Positions 26,290-34,503 of a stretch of DNA of 64,000 nucleotides are shown here, one piece after another. Positions within the stretch are counted from its first letter, which is position 1; each line of letters opens with the position of its first letter. Both the position numbers and the translations under genes were made by a program. The notes below the pieces were generated by a model. That model worked only from the letters and a program-made list of their open reading frames with translations, was not told the DNA's origin and searched no databases. The DNA lies in assembly GCA_004297545.1 (NCBI GenBank), contig SCTB01000050.1, positions 5,138-69,137 on the forward strand, read 5' to 3'. This DNA comes from Alphaproteobacteria bacterium. Its GTDB lineage: Bacteria > Pseudomonadota > Alphaproteobacteria > Micavibrionales > UBA2020.

Positions 26290-28413
26290 ATGGACAAAGA
26301 CCAGAAAATCAAGCTCAGGAAAATCCGCAAACTCGTAAAGGGCTTCAGCGCAGAGCTGGTCTTCTCCTCGCTGCATCACGGCGTGTTCATCCTTGCTTCG
26401 CCCTTTCTGACCTTTGCCGCTTTCGCCGCGGAAGAAATCCGGCTTCAGGCTTATATCATCGCGGGCCTTCTGTTCCTGCCCTTCCTGTGGTTCTGCACCT
26501 GGGACTTCGTGCGCGTCGCGGTCAAGCGAAAATACGCGACGTTCAACGCCGTCTGGATGCACACACTGCCGCAGGACATGGTTGCTCCCACAGAAGGCGA
26601 CAACGCGCCGGACGCGCCTTCGCTGCTGTCCCCCGTGAACGCGCTTTACCGCCTGCAGCTTTTTTCGCTGCTCTTCGCGGTGGTGATGACGGCGGCCGCG
26701 GCGTGCCTGCTTTTCCTCGTCGATATCCCGGTCTGGCTGGCGTTTCCTCTCGCCCCCATCCTCTGGCTCGCCGCGCTGCGCCGCGCGATACAGAAACTTC
26801 TTGCCGGAAAAACCGACAGCGACCCGGCCTTCGCGGCGATCGTCGAGGAAGCCGCGCTGCAGCGAAAAAAAAGAATGTTCCGCGAAAAGCTGAAATCGGC
26901 GTGGTATGTCGTCAAGGACTTCGTGTTCTGGACCTGGATCGTAGGGCCGTTCTGGTGTTTCTTCATCATGATGGGGCCGGGGCTTGCCCCGTACCCCTTG
27001 AGCGACGCGGCGCGCGCGTTCTTCGAAACGCCGGCGTATCAGCCGAAAGACGACGGCTTCTACGCGCTCTCCGGGCTCGAGGCGCCGCTCGATTCCAAAG
27101 ACCTCATCGCGTTCGGAAAGCAGAGCGAGACGCTTTTGAGCGGCATACTCGTCGATCCAAAGGACTATTTTTCCGAAGGATTCGACGACTATAAGCACTT
27201 CAATATCTGTGACGGAGAAAAGCCGGAAAAAATCGTCTTTCCGCTGCCTCCCCCTCCGCCGCCGGACCCGAACGCGCCGCCTATGCCGATTCCGCAATCG
27301 CATCTCGAAATCCTGCCGCCCGCGCCGCCGATGCCGCCGCCCGGCCAACCGTGCCTTTATCTCGACGACTGGGGGCCGATCATCGAGGCGAATAAATCGA
27401 TTCTGGAACGCTACGAAAACCTGTACCGCTACAGCGACTTTCTCGCGCCGCCGGGCGGCGAGGCGTCGTTTCACGGCCAGCTGATGATGAATCTCGCGCG
27501 GCTTGAATCTGTCGCGATCGCCTGGCGCGCCTACAGCGGCGACCCGGAAAAGGCGGTGCAGGACTGGCTGCGCACCGCGCAGTTCCTGGGGCGCCTTACC
27601 GACACGCAGGCCACCGCCATCGGGTTCGCGATCTACAAGACCTGCTACAACCTGCATTTCCGCTATCTGCCGTATATCCTGTCGCGCCGCCCGGAGCTGG
27701 CGGCGAAGTACAAGGCGGAGCTCGAGGCGCAGATGCTCTTCGCGGATCCCCTCCGTTACGACTATAAGAAAATCTGGGACCGCGATGTCAGGATGGCTTC
27801 GCTCCTGTTCCAGAAAGAGATGGACAACGTAGTAAATAAAAATGATCCCGACATCCCCGACGGATTCCAGGGCCTCTTCCGGGTCGTGAAAGGATTTTTC
27901 CTGAAGGCGCTGAACGTCAATCTTTTCAAGGCGCGCCTCTATGAAGCCACGCTCAGGGTGCACGCGGCGCTCGACCTGAAGGAGCCCGCCGCGCGCGCCG
28001 CCGCGTTCGACGCGATCGACCGCGAATACGATCTTAATATGGACCGCATGTTCACGCATCTGTCGGATATGGCATCCATGTACCAGAGCTTTGTCGTGCC
28101 GATGCTGATCGGCGGCATGGTCAAGCAGACCCAGCTTTACGACGCCAACGGACTGACCGCGAACAAGGAGCGCCTCCGCATCGCGCTGATCGAGGCGCTT
28201 GCGGCGGGCGTAAAGCCTGAAGAGATGGAAGGTTTTTTGAAGAAGGGCGCGAAAACGGACGCGCGGTTGAAGGATGTCATCACCGGCGAGGCGTTCTTCA
28301 TCGACAAGAAGACCGGAGCGGTCTGCTTTACCTTGCATTTCTCGGGCATTTCCGATGTGCACTGCAGCGAGCCCGCGCGGCTGATCGAGAATGAAAGCCA
28401 GCTGAAAAAATAA
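26290..28413 (+). CDS. hypothetical large membrane protein (about 5 N-terminal TM segments, a proline-rich linker, and a ~350-aa helical C-terminal domain)
   Basis: GC3 bias and amino-acid composition favour the plus frame over the antisense 705-aa ORF. The TM-like segments are FILASPFLTFAAFAA, YIIAGLLFLPFLWFC, LFSLLFAVVMTAAAACLLFLV, VWLAFPLAPILWLAAL and FVFWTWIVGPFWCFFIMMG. I recognise no family. Confidence 0.75.
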   Translation: MDKDQKIKLRKIRKLVKGFSAELVFSSLHHGVFILASPFLTFAAFAAEEIRLQAYIIAGLLFLPFLWFCTWDFVRVAVKRKYATFNAVWMHTLPQDMVAPTEGDNAPDAPSLLSPVNALYRLQLFSLLFAVVMTAAAACLLFLVDIPVWLAFPLAPILWLAALRRAIQKLLAGKTDSDPAFAAIVEEAALQRKKRMFREKLKSAWYVVKDFVFWTWIVGPFWCFFIMMGPGLAPYPLSDAARAFFETPAYQPKDDGFYALSGLEAPLDSKDLIAFGKQSETLLSGILVDPKDYFSEGFDDYKHFNICDGEKPEKIVFPLPPPPPPDPNAPPMPIPQSHLEILPPAPPMPPPGQPCLYLDDWGPIIEANKSILERYENLYRYSDFLAPPGGEASFHGQLMMNLARLESVAIAWRAYSGDPEKAVQDWLRTAQFLGRLTDTQATAIGFAIYKTCYNLHFRYLPYILSRRPELAAKYKAELEAQMLFADPLRYDYKKIWDRDVRMASLLFQKEMDNVVNKNDPDIPDGFQGLFRVVKGFFLKALNVNLFKARLYEATLRVHAALDLKEPAARAAAFDAIDREYDLNMDRMFTHLSDMASMYQSFVVPMLIGGMVKQTQLYDANGLTANKERLRIALIEALAAGVKPEEMEGFLKKGAKTDARLKDVITGEAFFIDKKTGAVCFTLHFSGISDVHCSEPARLIENESQLKK

Positions 28414-29163
28414 TTACGCTTCGGGTTGGTCCTTTTTCGGGCGGTTCAGCCGCGCGACGGCGCGGAGTTTCGCGACGGTTCCGGCGGTGGCCTTGCCCGG
28501 TTTTGCATCGGGCTTGCTGAACGCTTCCGGCTCATAGCGGCGCTGGAAGGCGGTGACGAGTTCTTTGAGCTTCGGCTTGTTCTTGCCGAAAGCATTTACG
28601 CCATAGCCCGCTTCGTTGAAAAGCTCTTTGAGTTTCTTCGGGCTGCGCGCGACGGCAGCGGCGTTGAACTGGTCGGCGGCGGTCGGCTCCGGCCAGCGGC
28701 CGATGTCGTGGCGGGAGAGTTTCTGCCACGGGAAATGCGCGCCGGGGTCCTGCTTGCGGTCGGGCGCGACGTCGGAATGCCCGACCACATTTTCCGTCGG
28801 GATTTTGTGGCGGAACATCAGGTCCTTGCAGAGCAGCGCCAGCGAGAAAATCTGCTCTTTCGTATAGGGCTGGTCGTCGCGGTTTGAAATCTCGATGCCG
28901 ATGGAGCGCGAGTTCACGTCATCCTTGCCCATCCAGCTCGACACGCCGGCATGCCAGGCGCGCTTGTCTTCATCCACCAGCTGGAAGATATTTCCCTTTT
29001 CGTCGATAAGATAATGACAGCTGACTTTCGAGGCGGGGTCGGTCAGTTTCTCCAGCGCGGCCTCGGTTGAATCCATGCTGGTGTAATGCAGCACGATCAG
29101 CTCGGGCTTTGCGCCGTCCTTGCGGTCGTCGAAGTTCGGCGATGGGCGGTCATAGCATCTCAT
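28414..29163 (-). CDS. N-acetylmuramoyl-L-alanine amidase (Amidase_2), paralog of 25466..26200
   Basis: PSPNFDDR, IVLHYT, RAWHAG, SIGIEISN, HSDVAPDRKQDPGAHFPW, VTAFQRRYEPE. The start forms an ATGA overlap with the upstream PNP gene. Confidence 0.9.
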   Translation of the reverse strand: MRCYDRPSPNFDDRKDGAKPELIVLHYTSMDSTEAALEKLTDPASKVSCHYLIDEKGNIFQLVDEDKRAWHAGVSSWMGKDDVNSRSIGIEISNRDDQPYTKEQIFSLALLCKDLMFRHKIPTENVVGHSDVAPDRKQDPGAHFPWQKLSRHDIGRWPEPTAADQFNAAAVARSPKKLKELFNEAGYGVNAFGKNKPKLKELVTAFQRRYEPEAFSKPDAKPGKATAGTVAKLRAVARLNRPKKDQPEA

Positions 29164-30035
29164 ATCAGTCTCACGAACTCCGCGACCAGTTTTTCAAAAT
29201 CGGCGGCGCCGCGCGCGGCCATTTCCAGCGTATGCGCATGGCTCAGTTTTTCATCCGACAGCCCCGCGCCCATATTCGTGATGAGCGAGCAGCCGACGAC
29301 CTTGAGTCCGCAATGCCGCGCGATGATGCAATCCGGAACGCTTGACATGCCGACCGCCTGCGCGCCCATGGTTATCGCCATGCGGATTTCGGCGGGCGTC
29401 TCGAAGGTCGGCCCGCGGAAGGCGATATAGACGCCTTCGTGAAGTTTCACGCCGGTTTTCTTCGCGGCGTCTTTCAGTTTCGCGCGCAGCGCCGGGTCCC
29501 AGGCATCCGTCATGGGCGGGAAGCGCGGACCGAAATCATCGTCATTCGCGCCGATGAGGGGATTAACCGCCATATAATTGATATGGTCCGTAATCAGCAT
29601 CAGCTGCGACACACCGATATCTGCGCGCAAAGAACCTGCCGCGTTGGAAACAAATAATGTCTCCACGCCCACCGCCTTCATGGTGCGGATCATGGTTTTC
29701 AGCGGGTAGGGGTCGTTCGTCTCATAGAAATGTTTGCGGCCCTTGAGCGCAATCACATCCACGCCGTTCAGCTTGCCGGCAATCAATTCTCCGGAATGGC
29801 CGATGATGGTGGGAATGGGAAATCCCGGCAAATCTTTATACGGAATTTTAACCGCGCTTTGCACCTTGTCGCCCAACCCGCCAAGACCGGAACCGAGGAT
29901 GATCGCGATTTTCGGTTTCAGGCTGCCGAGGCGCGACAAAATCAAGCCCTTCGAAATCTCGACGTTCTTTTTATGCTGCGCCTGTGCGCTGGCGACATCA
30001 TCCGCGCTCGCGGTTGCGCTGGCCTGTGCGGTCAT
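29160..30035 (-). CDS. purine nucleoside phosphorylase (trimeric PNP-I family)
   Basis: IAIILGSGLGGL, HSGELIAGKL, GPRFPPM, GPTFETPAEIR, VGMSSVPD. AGGAGC lies upstream of the ATG. Confidence 0.9.
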   Translation of the reverse strand: MTAQASATASADDVASAQAQHKKNVEISKGLILSRLGSLKPKIAIILGSGLGGLGDKVQSAVKIPYKDLPGFPIPTIIGHSGELIAGKLNGVDVIALKGRKHFYETNDPYPLKTMIRTMKAVGVETLFVSNAAGSLRADIGVSQLMLITDHINYMAVNPLIGANDDDFGPRFPPMTDAWDPALRAKLKDAAKKTGVKLHEGVYIAFRGPTFETPAEIRMAITMGAQAVGMSSVPDCIIARHCGLKVVGCSLITNMGAGLSDEKLSHAHTLEMAARGAADFEKLVAEFVRLI

Positions 30036-30152
30036 CTCTCGTGCTCCTGAAAGGACGGGTTCTGATAGGTATAGGACGAAGCAGCCCGAAGCGCAACCGC
30101 CTATTTCATATTCACGGGCGGTTTTCCTGCAATGTCAGGCGCTTGGGCGGGT

Positions 30153-31433
30153 TTAAAAGTCGAGGCTGGCGCCGCGTTTGGGCTTGGGCGGGCCGTCGTC
30201 TTCCTTCACTTCGGGCGGCGGCTCATAGGCGTTGACCTTGATCGTGAAGTCCGACGGCAGCAGGGCGGCCACGGCTTCTTTCAGGTAGGTGACGAATTTT
30301 TCCTTGCCGCCCAGTTCGCGGCGCAGGTCGCGCAGGAAAGCGTCGATGCAATAATCGCGGCGCGGCTGTTCGTCGTAGGGGAAATGGTCGAGCGGCAATT
30401 CGCCTTTGGAATTTTCCATCAGCAGCAGGTTTTTCACGAGCCCCGTCGCGACATCCGTGCCCAGCATGCGGTCGAGGGAGGCGATGAACGCCCCCAGCCT
30501 GTCCTGAACTTCGCCCGCGCTGTCGGGCGAGCTCATGAAAACGGAATGCTGCCAGCTGCGGTGCATCGGCGTATTGCCGGCGGCGTCCTGCCGCGACAGC
30601 TGCACCAGAATGCGTTCGGCCTGCTGTTCCGGCGGCACCGGCGCGAATTTCTGCTCCAGGTTCAAGAGATACTCGAACACGGGGCCCGGAAAGGCCTGTG
30701 TGACCGGCGTGCCGTCGACCTTGACGCAATCCGGGTCTTCGGCGAAGGCGCGCATCTTCTGTTCCTTGCCGCGCTGATACTCTGACTTCTTCGGATCAGC
30801 GGCATGCTTGTCCAGCCATTCGATGATGAGGGGCCGCGCCAAGTCCACGGCCTGTTTCAGGCCTTCGTAACTTGCGGGCTGATAGCCGTCGTTGCAGAGC
30901 GTATCGATTTTCACAGCCTCCGGCGATTGCCACGGGCGGATGTCGCGCACGTCCTGCAGCGCGTTCGACATGTCGTGGTCGATGGCGCCGAGTTTTGAAT
31001 CGAGGAAGTTTTCCAGGAAGGCGCGGGCCGCGTCGTCGCCGCCCCATTTCTGCAGCCGCTCCGCCAGCATGCCGAAAACCGCAACATCGCCGCCGAAGCG
31101 TATGGCTTTGTGGAACGGCGTCTGGCCCAGATCGTTCGCGGCGGTCAAAATCGCCACGCGCTGCTCCGCGCTTTCCGTCGCTTTTTCGATGGCGTCGAGA
31201 ACGACTTTCGTGAATTCCCCGCGCGGCGTGTCGCCGCTGTAGAAACTGTCGAAATATCCGTCCGAGATCATGTAGCTCAGCGTGTTTTCCGTGACGTCGG
31301 GGGCAAGCGGCGTCAGCAGCGTTGCGCGCATACCGTCCTGCGCCAGAATGTTCTGCAGCGTTTCCGCCGCCTTGTCCCGCCCGTTCGCGCCGATTTTGTA
31401 ATAGAGATCCCGTAAAGATTTTTCTCCGGCCAT
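30153..31433 (-). CDS. hypothetical protein with degenerate ankyrin-like repeats
   Basis: ANDLGQTPFHKAIRFGGDVAVFGMLAERL, QDAAGNTPMHRS and ENSKGELPLDH resemble the ankyrin G-x-TPLH core. The rest is unrecognised. Confidence 0.7.
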   Translation of the reverse strand: MAGEKSLRDLYYKIGANGRDKAAETLQNILAQDGMRATLLTPLAPDVTENTLSYMISDGYFDSFYSGDTPRGEFTKVVLDAIEKATESAEQRVAILTAANDLGQTPFHKAIRFGGDVAVFGMLAERLQKWGGDDAARAFLENFLDSKLGAIDHDMSNALQDVRDIRPWQSPEAVKIDTLCNDGYQPASYEGLKQAVDLARPLIIEWLDKHAADPKKSEYQRGKEQKMRAFAEDPDCVKVDGTPVTQAFPGPVFEYLLNLEQKFAPVPPEQQAERILVQLSRQDAAGNTPMHRSWQHSVFMSSPDSAGEVQDRLGAFIASLDRMLGTDVATGLVKNLLLMENSKGELPLDHFPYDEQPRRDYCIDAFLRDLRRELGGKEKFVTYLKEAVAALLPSDFTIKVNAYEPPPEVKEDDGPPKPKRGASLDF

Positions 31434-31630
31434 GGCGCGCGCCCTTCTTTTAAAAATGATTTTGACGGGCGCGAAAGGGTGCGCCCCGGGAACTGTTATA
31501 GGAAAAATATACTTCTTATGTCAATAACTATGGCCATTCGAATCAACCCTTTGGCTATATCGTTGACATAACTAACAGATTATGGTTTCTGAAAGACCAG
31601 CACAGAATCAACGCCGGAGGCACCACCGTT

Positions 31631-32353
31631 TTGACGCAGGACTTCGCCAGCACGCCATCCCTGACGCCCGAGTATTGCCGGGGCGTTCAGAACCGCCTTG
31701 TCTTCCACCCGAAGACGCTGGGGGAGGCGGAATTCATCGTCGCCCAGCTGCAGGGCATGGGTTTCAAATATTACCGGGATGAATACGCCCAGCAGCTGAA
31801 AAATGTGCTGAAGGGCAGCCTGTACCTCGATAACGACAAGACCATCATGGTCACGGATACGCAGGCCGACGGGATTGCCTGCAGCGTCGACGGCTTCCGG
31901 CAGTTTTATCTCCCGGCCGAGCCGCCGTCGCCCGACGCGCGGCTGACGGCGAAGGATTGCGTTACCCGCACGCTCGCCTTTTATCCGCGCACCAGCAGCG
32001 AGGCGCGCGGCGTGCTGCAGACGCTCTTCGCCGCCGGCGTGACGCCGCCGCCGGAAGAACAAAGCGTGGTGATGATGATGACGCGCGCGGTCGTGCAGGG
32101 CATGCTGGTTCGCGACGGCCAGCTGACCTTCAACCCCGCGCCCGCCGATATCCGCCATGCCGAAATCTGCACCGCCGCCGACCTCGGCGTGAACGCGGGC
32201 GTCACCCTCTCGGCGGAACAGGCGACCATCATGGCCGCCTTCAACGAAATCGGCGCGCGGCTGGAGCAAATGTCCGGCCGCATTGCGCGGCTGGAAGATG
32301 AAGTGCTGCCGAAAACGCTTGAGAAGAAAACGCTGCCGCCGCCGAAGCGGTAG
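31631..32353 (+). CDS. hypothetical protein with an internal domain duplication and a C-terminal coiled coil
   Basis: TTG start, 10 nt after GGAGG. CRGVQNRLVFHPKTLGEAEFIVAQLQGMGF is echoed by CVTRTLAFYPRTSSEARGVLQTLFAAGV. GC3 is high. Confidence 0.6.
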   Translation: MTQDFASTPSLTPEYCRGVQNRLVFHPKTLGEAEFIVAQLQGMGFKYYRDEYAQQLKNVLKGSLYLDNDKTIMVTDTQADGIACSVDGFRQFYLPAEPPSPDARLTAKDCVTRTLAFYPRTSSEARGVLQTLFAAGVTPPPEEQSVVMMMTRAVVQGMLVRDGQLTFNPAPADIRHAEICTAADLGVNAGVTLSAEQATIMAAFNEIGARLEQMSGRIARLEDEVLPKTLEKKTLPPPKR

Positions 32354-32356
32354 CCA

Positions 32357-33154
32357 TTAAGCCTTCCGCGCCACCATCAGTTTTTTAATCTCCGCAATCG
32401 CTTTCGCCGGGTTCAGGCCCTTGGGGCAGGTATTGGTGCAGTTCATGATGGTATGGCAGCGGTACAAACGGAAGGGATCTTCCAGCTGGTCGAGGCGTTC
32501 GCCCGCGGCTTCGTCGCGCGTATCGGAGAGCCAGCGATAGGCCTGCAGCAGGATTGCGGGGCCGAGGAAGCGGTCGCCGTTCCACCAGTAGGACGGGCAC
32601 GACGTCGAGCAGCAGAAACACAAAATGCAGGCGGCGGGGCCGTGGCCGTCCTCGCCGTTCAGCTTGTTGGCGTCTTCGGCGCTCTGCAGCCGCTCGCGGC
32701 TGGGCGGAGGCGATTCCGTTTTCAGCCAAGGCTCGATGATATTGTACTGCGCATAGACATGCGTGAGGTCGGGCACCAGGTCTTTCATCACCGGCATATG
32801 CGGCAGCGGCGTGATTTTCACAACGTCGCTTTTGATATCGTCCACGTGCTTGGTGCAGGCCAGCGTGTTCATGCCGTCGATATTCATCGCGCAGGAACCG
32901 CAGACGCCCTCGCGGCAGGAGCGGCGGAAGGTGAGCGATGCATCCATTTCATTCTTGATGTAGATGAGCGCGTCCAGAACCATCGGCCCCGATTTCGCGA
33001 TATCGACTTCGTAACTATCGAGCCGCGGGTTTTCCTTGTCGTCCGGATTCCAGCGGTAGATGCGGAAGGTGCGCGGCTTTTTCGCGTCCTTGGGCGCGGG
33101 ATGCGTCTTGCCTTCCTTGACTGTCGAATTTTTCGGGAGCGAGAGCTGGACCAT
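32357..33154 (-). CDS. sdhB: succinate dehydrogenase iron-sulfur subunit
   Basis: [44 protein letters not shown]. Confidence 0.98.
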   Translation of the reverse strand: MVQLSLPKNSTVKEGKTHPAPKDAKKPRTFRIYRWNPDDKENPRLDSYEVDIAKSGPMVLDALIYIKNEMDASLTFRRSCREGVCGSCAMNIDGMNTLACTKHVDDIKSDVVKITPLPHMPVMKDLVPDLTHVYAQYNIIEPWLKTESPPPSRERLQSAEDANKLNGEDGHGPAACILCFCCSTSCPSYWWNGDRFLGPAILLQAYRWLSDTRDEAAGERLDQLEDPFRLYRCHTIMNCTNTCPKGLNPAKAIAEIKKLMVARKA

Positions 33155-33285
33155 GGTTGCCGTCTTTCAGATCATTATATTGGCGCTATTGTGAACCCGG
33201 GCGGCGGCCCCTGTAAAGCATCCGGCGCTGAAAAATTTAAAATCGTTTGCCTTTTCAGGCGGATAAGGCGCGGGCGGATTTGGAA

Positions 33286-33314
33286 TTGACATATTAGGCC
33301 AATCCCGCTACAAA
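33286..33314 (+). promoter_or_regulatory. putative promoter (TTGACA-17 nt-TACAAA) for the 33369 gene
   Basis: TTGACA at 33286-33291 and TACAAA at 33309-33314. AGAGGGA lies 7-8 nt before the ATG at 33369. Confidence 0.35.
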
Positions 33315-33368
33315 ACAGCCGGATCAACATTTCTGTTTCAACATTTTCAAACCAAGAGGGATCATATC

Positions 33369-33662
33369 ATGGCCAGACCAATGGGTATCGCAGCAAGCTT
33401 CGCGAACGTCACTTTCAAGAAAGACGACGAAGAAATCTACACCGCGCGCGTTTCGAACGGCGGCTGCCTCGGCCGCGACAAGGCGGATGTCGTTATCAAC
33501 CGCGCCTATGCGCAGCTGAAAGAAGCGATTGACGATGGCAAGCTGACCACTGCCGCGCTGGATTTCAACCGCGTCGCCGTCGGCGCCGCCGAATTCGAAA
33601 TCGCCACGCCGCATGGCGCCGATCGCATCGCGAAAAGCGAAATCAAGCGCGTCTCGCCGTAA
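33369..33662 (+). CDS. hypothetical protein (97 aa)
   Basis: ATG with an AGAGGGA Shine-Dalgarno, high GC3, and its own terminator. The antisense 96-aa ORF is Arg-rich shadow. Confidence 0.65.
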   Translation: MARPMGIAASFANVTFKKDDEEIYTARVSNGGCLGRDKADVVINRAYAQLKEAIDDGKLTTAALDFNRVAVGAAEFEIATPHGADRIAKSEIKRVSP

Positions 33663-33686
33663 TCAGCGGTTTTTGCTTCAGAAATC

Positions 33687-33724
33687 AAACGGGGGCCCCC
33701 AAGAAGGGCTCCCGTTTATTTTTG
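33687..33724 (+). terminator. rho-independent terminator
   Basis: aaacgggggc...gctcccgttt forms a stem with one mismatch, followed by ATTTTTGG. Confidence 0.55.
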
Positions 33725-33725
33725 G

Positions 33726-33754
33726 TTGACTTCGGGGGCTCATATTGTCATAAT
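33726..33754 (+). promoter_or_regulatory. putative promoter (TTGACT-17 nt-CATAAT) for the ankyrin gene
   Basis: TTGACT at 33726-33731 and CATAAT at 33749-33754, about 18 nt upstream of the ATG at 33772. Confidence 0.4.
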
Positions 33755-33771
33755 GCTGCCGATTTAAAGAA

Positions 33772-34386
33772 ATGGAGCAGGACTTGGGCCTTATCAAGTA
33801 TGTCACCGATGTTTTCAACGGCACAGCCAGGCCTTCCGAGCGGCAGGTGCGCCGCCTTGTCGGCCGCACGAAAACGCGCGAGGGCCGCATGGAGCATCTG
33901 GAGTTTCTGGCGCAATATCCCGAGCATATCAACGCCACCGACAAGAACCACAAGAGCGCTCTATCCCATGCGGCGGCCGAGGGCGATACCGAAGTCATGG
34001 GGAAGCTGATCAAGCTCGGCATCATGCCGTATTTTTATCACGACGCGATTTATGCCGCCGCCCACAACGAACAGAAGGCGGCTCTTGACCTGCTGGTCGC
34101 CGCGGGCGGCGTGGTCGGCGAAGACCATATCGACGTCACCTGCAACATGGCCATCGTCTACGGCGAGCCCGGACCGGAGGGCGAACCGTCGCCGACCGAG
34201 GATTACTCCCAAAAGCTTTACCGCGGGCTGGAGATGCTGAAATCGATCCGCAAGGCGCAGGAAGAAAAACGCGCCGTCGACGCAGAAAACGCGAAGATAC
34301 CAGGGCCGCTGGTGCTGGCGGATAATATCAGCGTGCGGAAGCCGCTCAAACTGAAGCTCTCGTCGCGCATGTTCATGCCGCTGTAA
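33772..34386 (+). CDS. ankyrin repeat-containing protein
   Basis: INATDKNHKSALSHAAAEGDTEVMGKLIKLG is a canonical ankyrin unit, followed by YAAAHNEQKAALDLLVAAGG. Confidence 0.75.
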   Translation: MEQDLGLIKYVTDVFNGTARPSERQVRRLVGRTKTREGRMEHLEFLAQYPEHINATDKNHKSALSHAAAEGDTEVMGKLIKLGIMPYFYHDAIYAAAHNEQKAALDLLVAAGGVVGEDHIDVTCNMAIVYGEPGPEGEPSPTEDYSQKLYRGLEMLKSIRKAQEEKRAVDAENAKIPGPLVLADNISVRKPLKLKLSSRMFMPL

Positions 34387-34388
34387 GC

Positions 34389-34412
34389 GTAACCCCGGCG
34401 AAAGCCGGGGTC
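34389..34412. repeat. REP-like palindromic element (GTAACCCCGGCGAAAGCCGGGGTC)
   Basis: Starts 3 nt after the ankyrin gene stop. It is a perfect inverted partner of 34472-34495. Confidence 0.85.
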
Positions 34413-34471
34413 TTGGCTTTGTCCACACGCGCGGTGGAAATCAACACTTCCGTTATCGCTGATAAAGCTTA

Positions 34472-34495
34472 GACCCCGGCTTTCGCCGGGGTTAC
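34472..34495. repeat. REP-like palindromic element, exact reverse complement of 34389-34412
   Basis: gaccccggctttcgccggggttac matches 24/24. It ends 9 nt before the sdhA stop. Confidence 0.85.
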
Positions 34496-34503
34496 GAGAG
34501 GGA

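Noticed and set aside
26245-28362. 705-aa minus-strand ORF opposite the 707-aa membrane protein gene
   Set aside because: The plus frame has G/C-dominated third positions and a natural composition (TM helices, and K/E/D/F/Y). The minus frame is Arg-rich with no features.
31582-31782. ATG-initiated 66-aa ORF overlapping the start of 31631..32353
   Set aside because: It is Arg/Pro-rich with poor GC3 structure. The TTG-initiated 240-aa frame has coding-like composition and an internal domain repeat.
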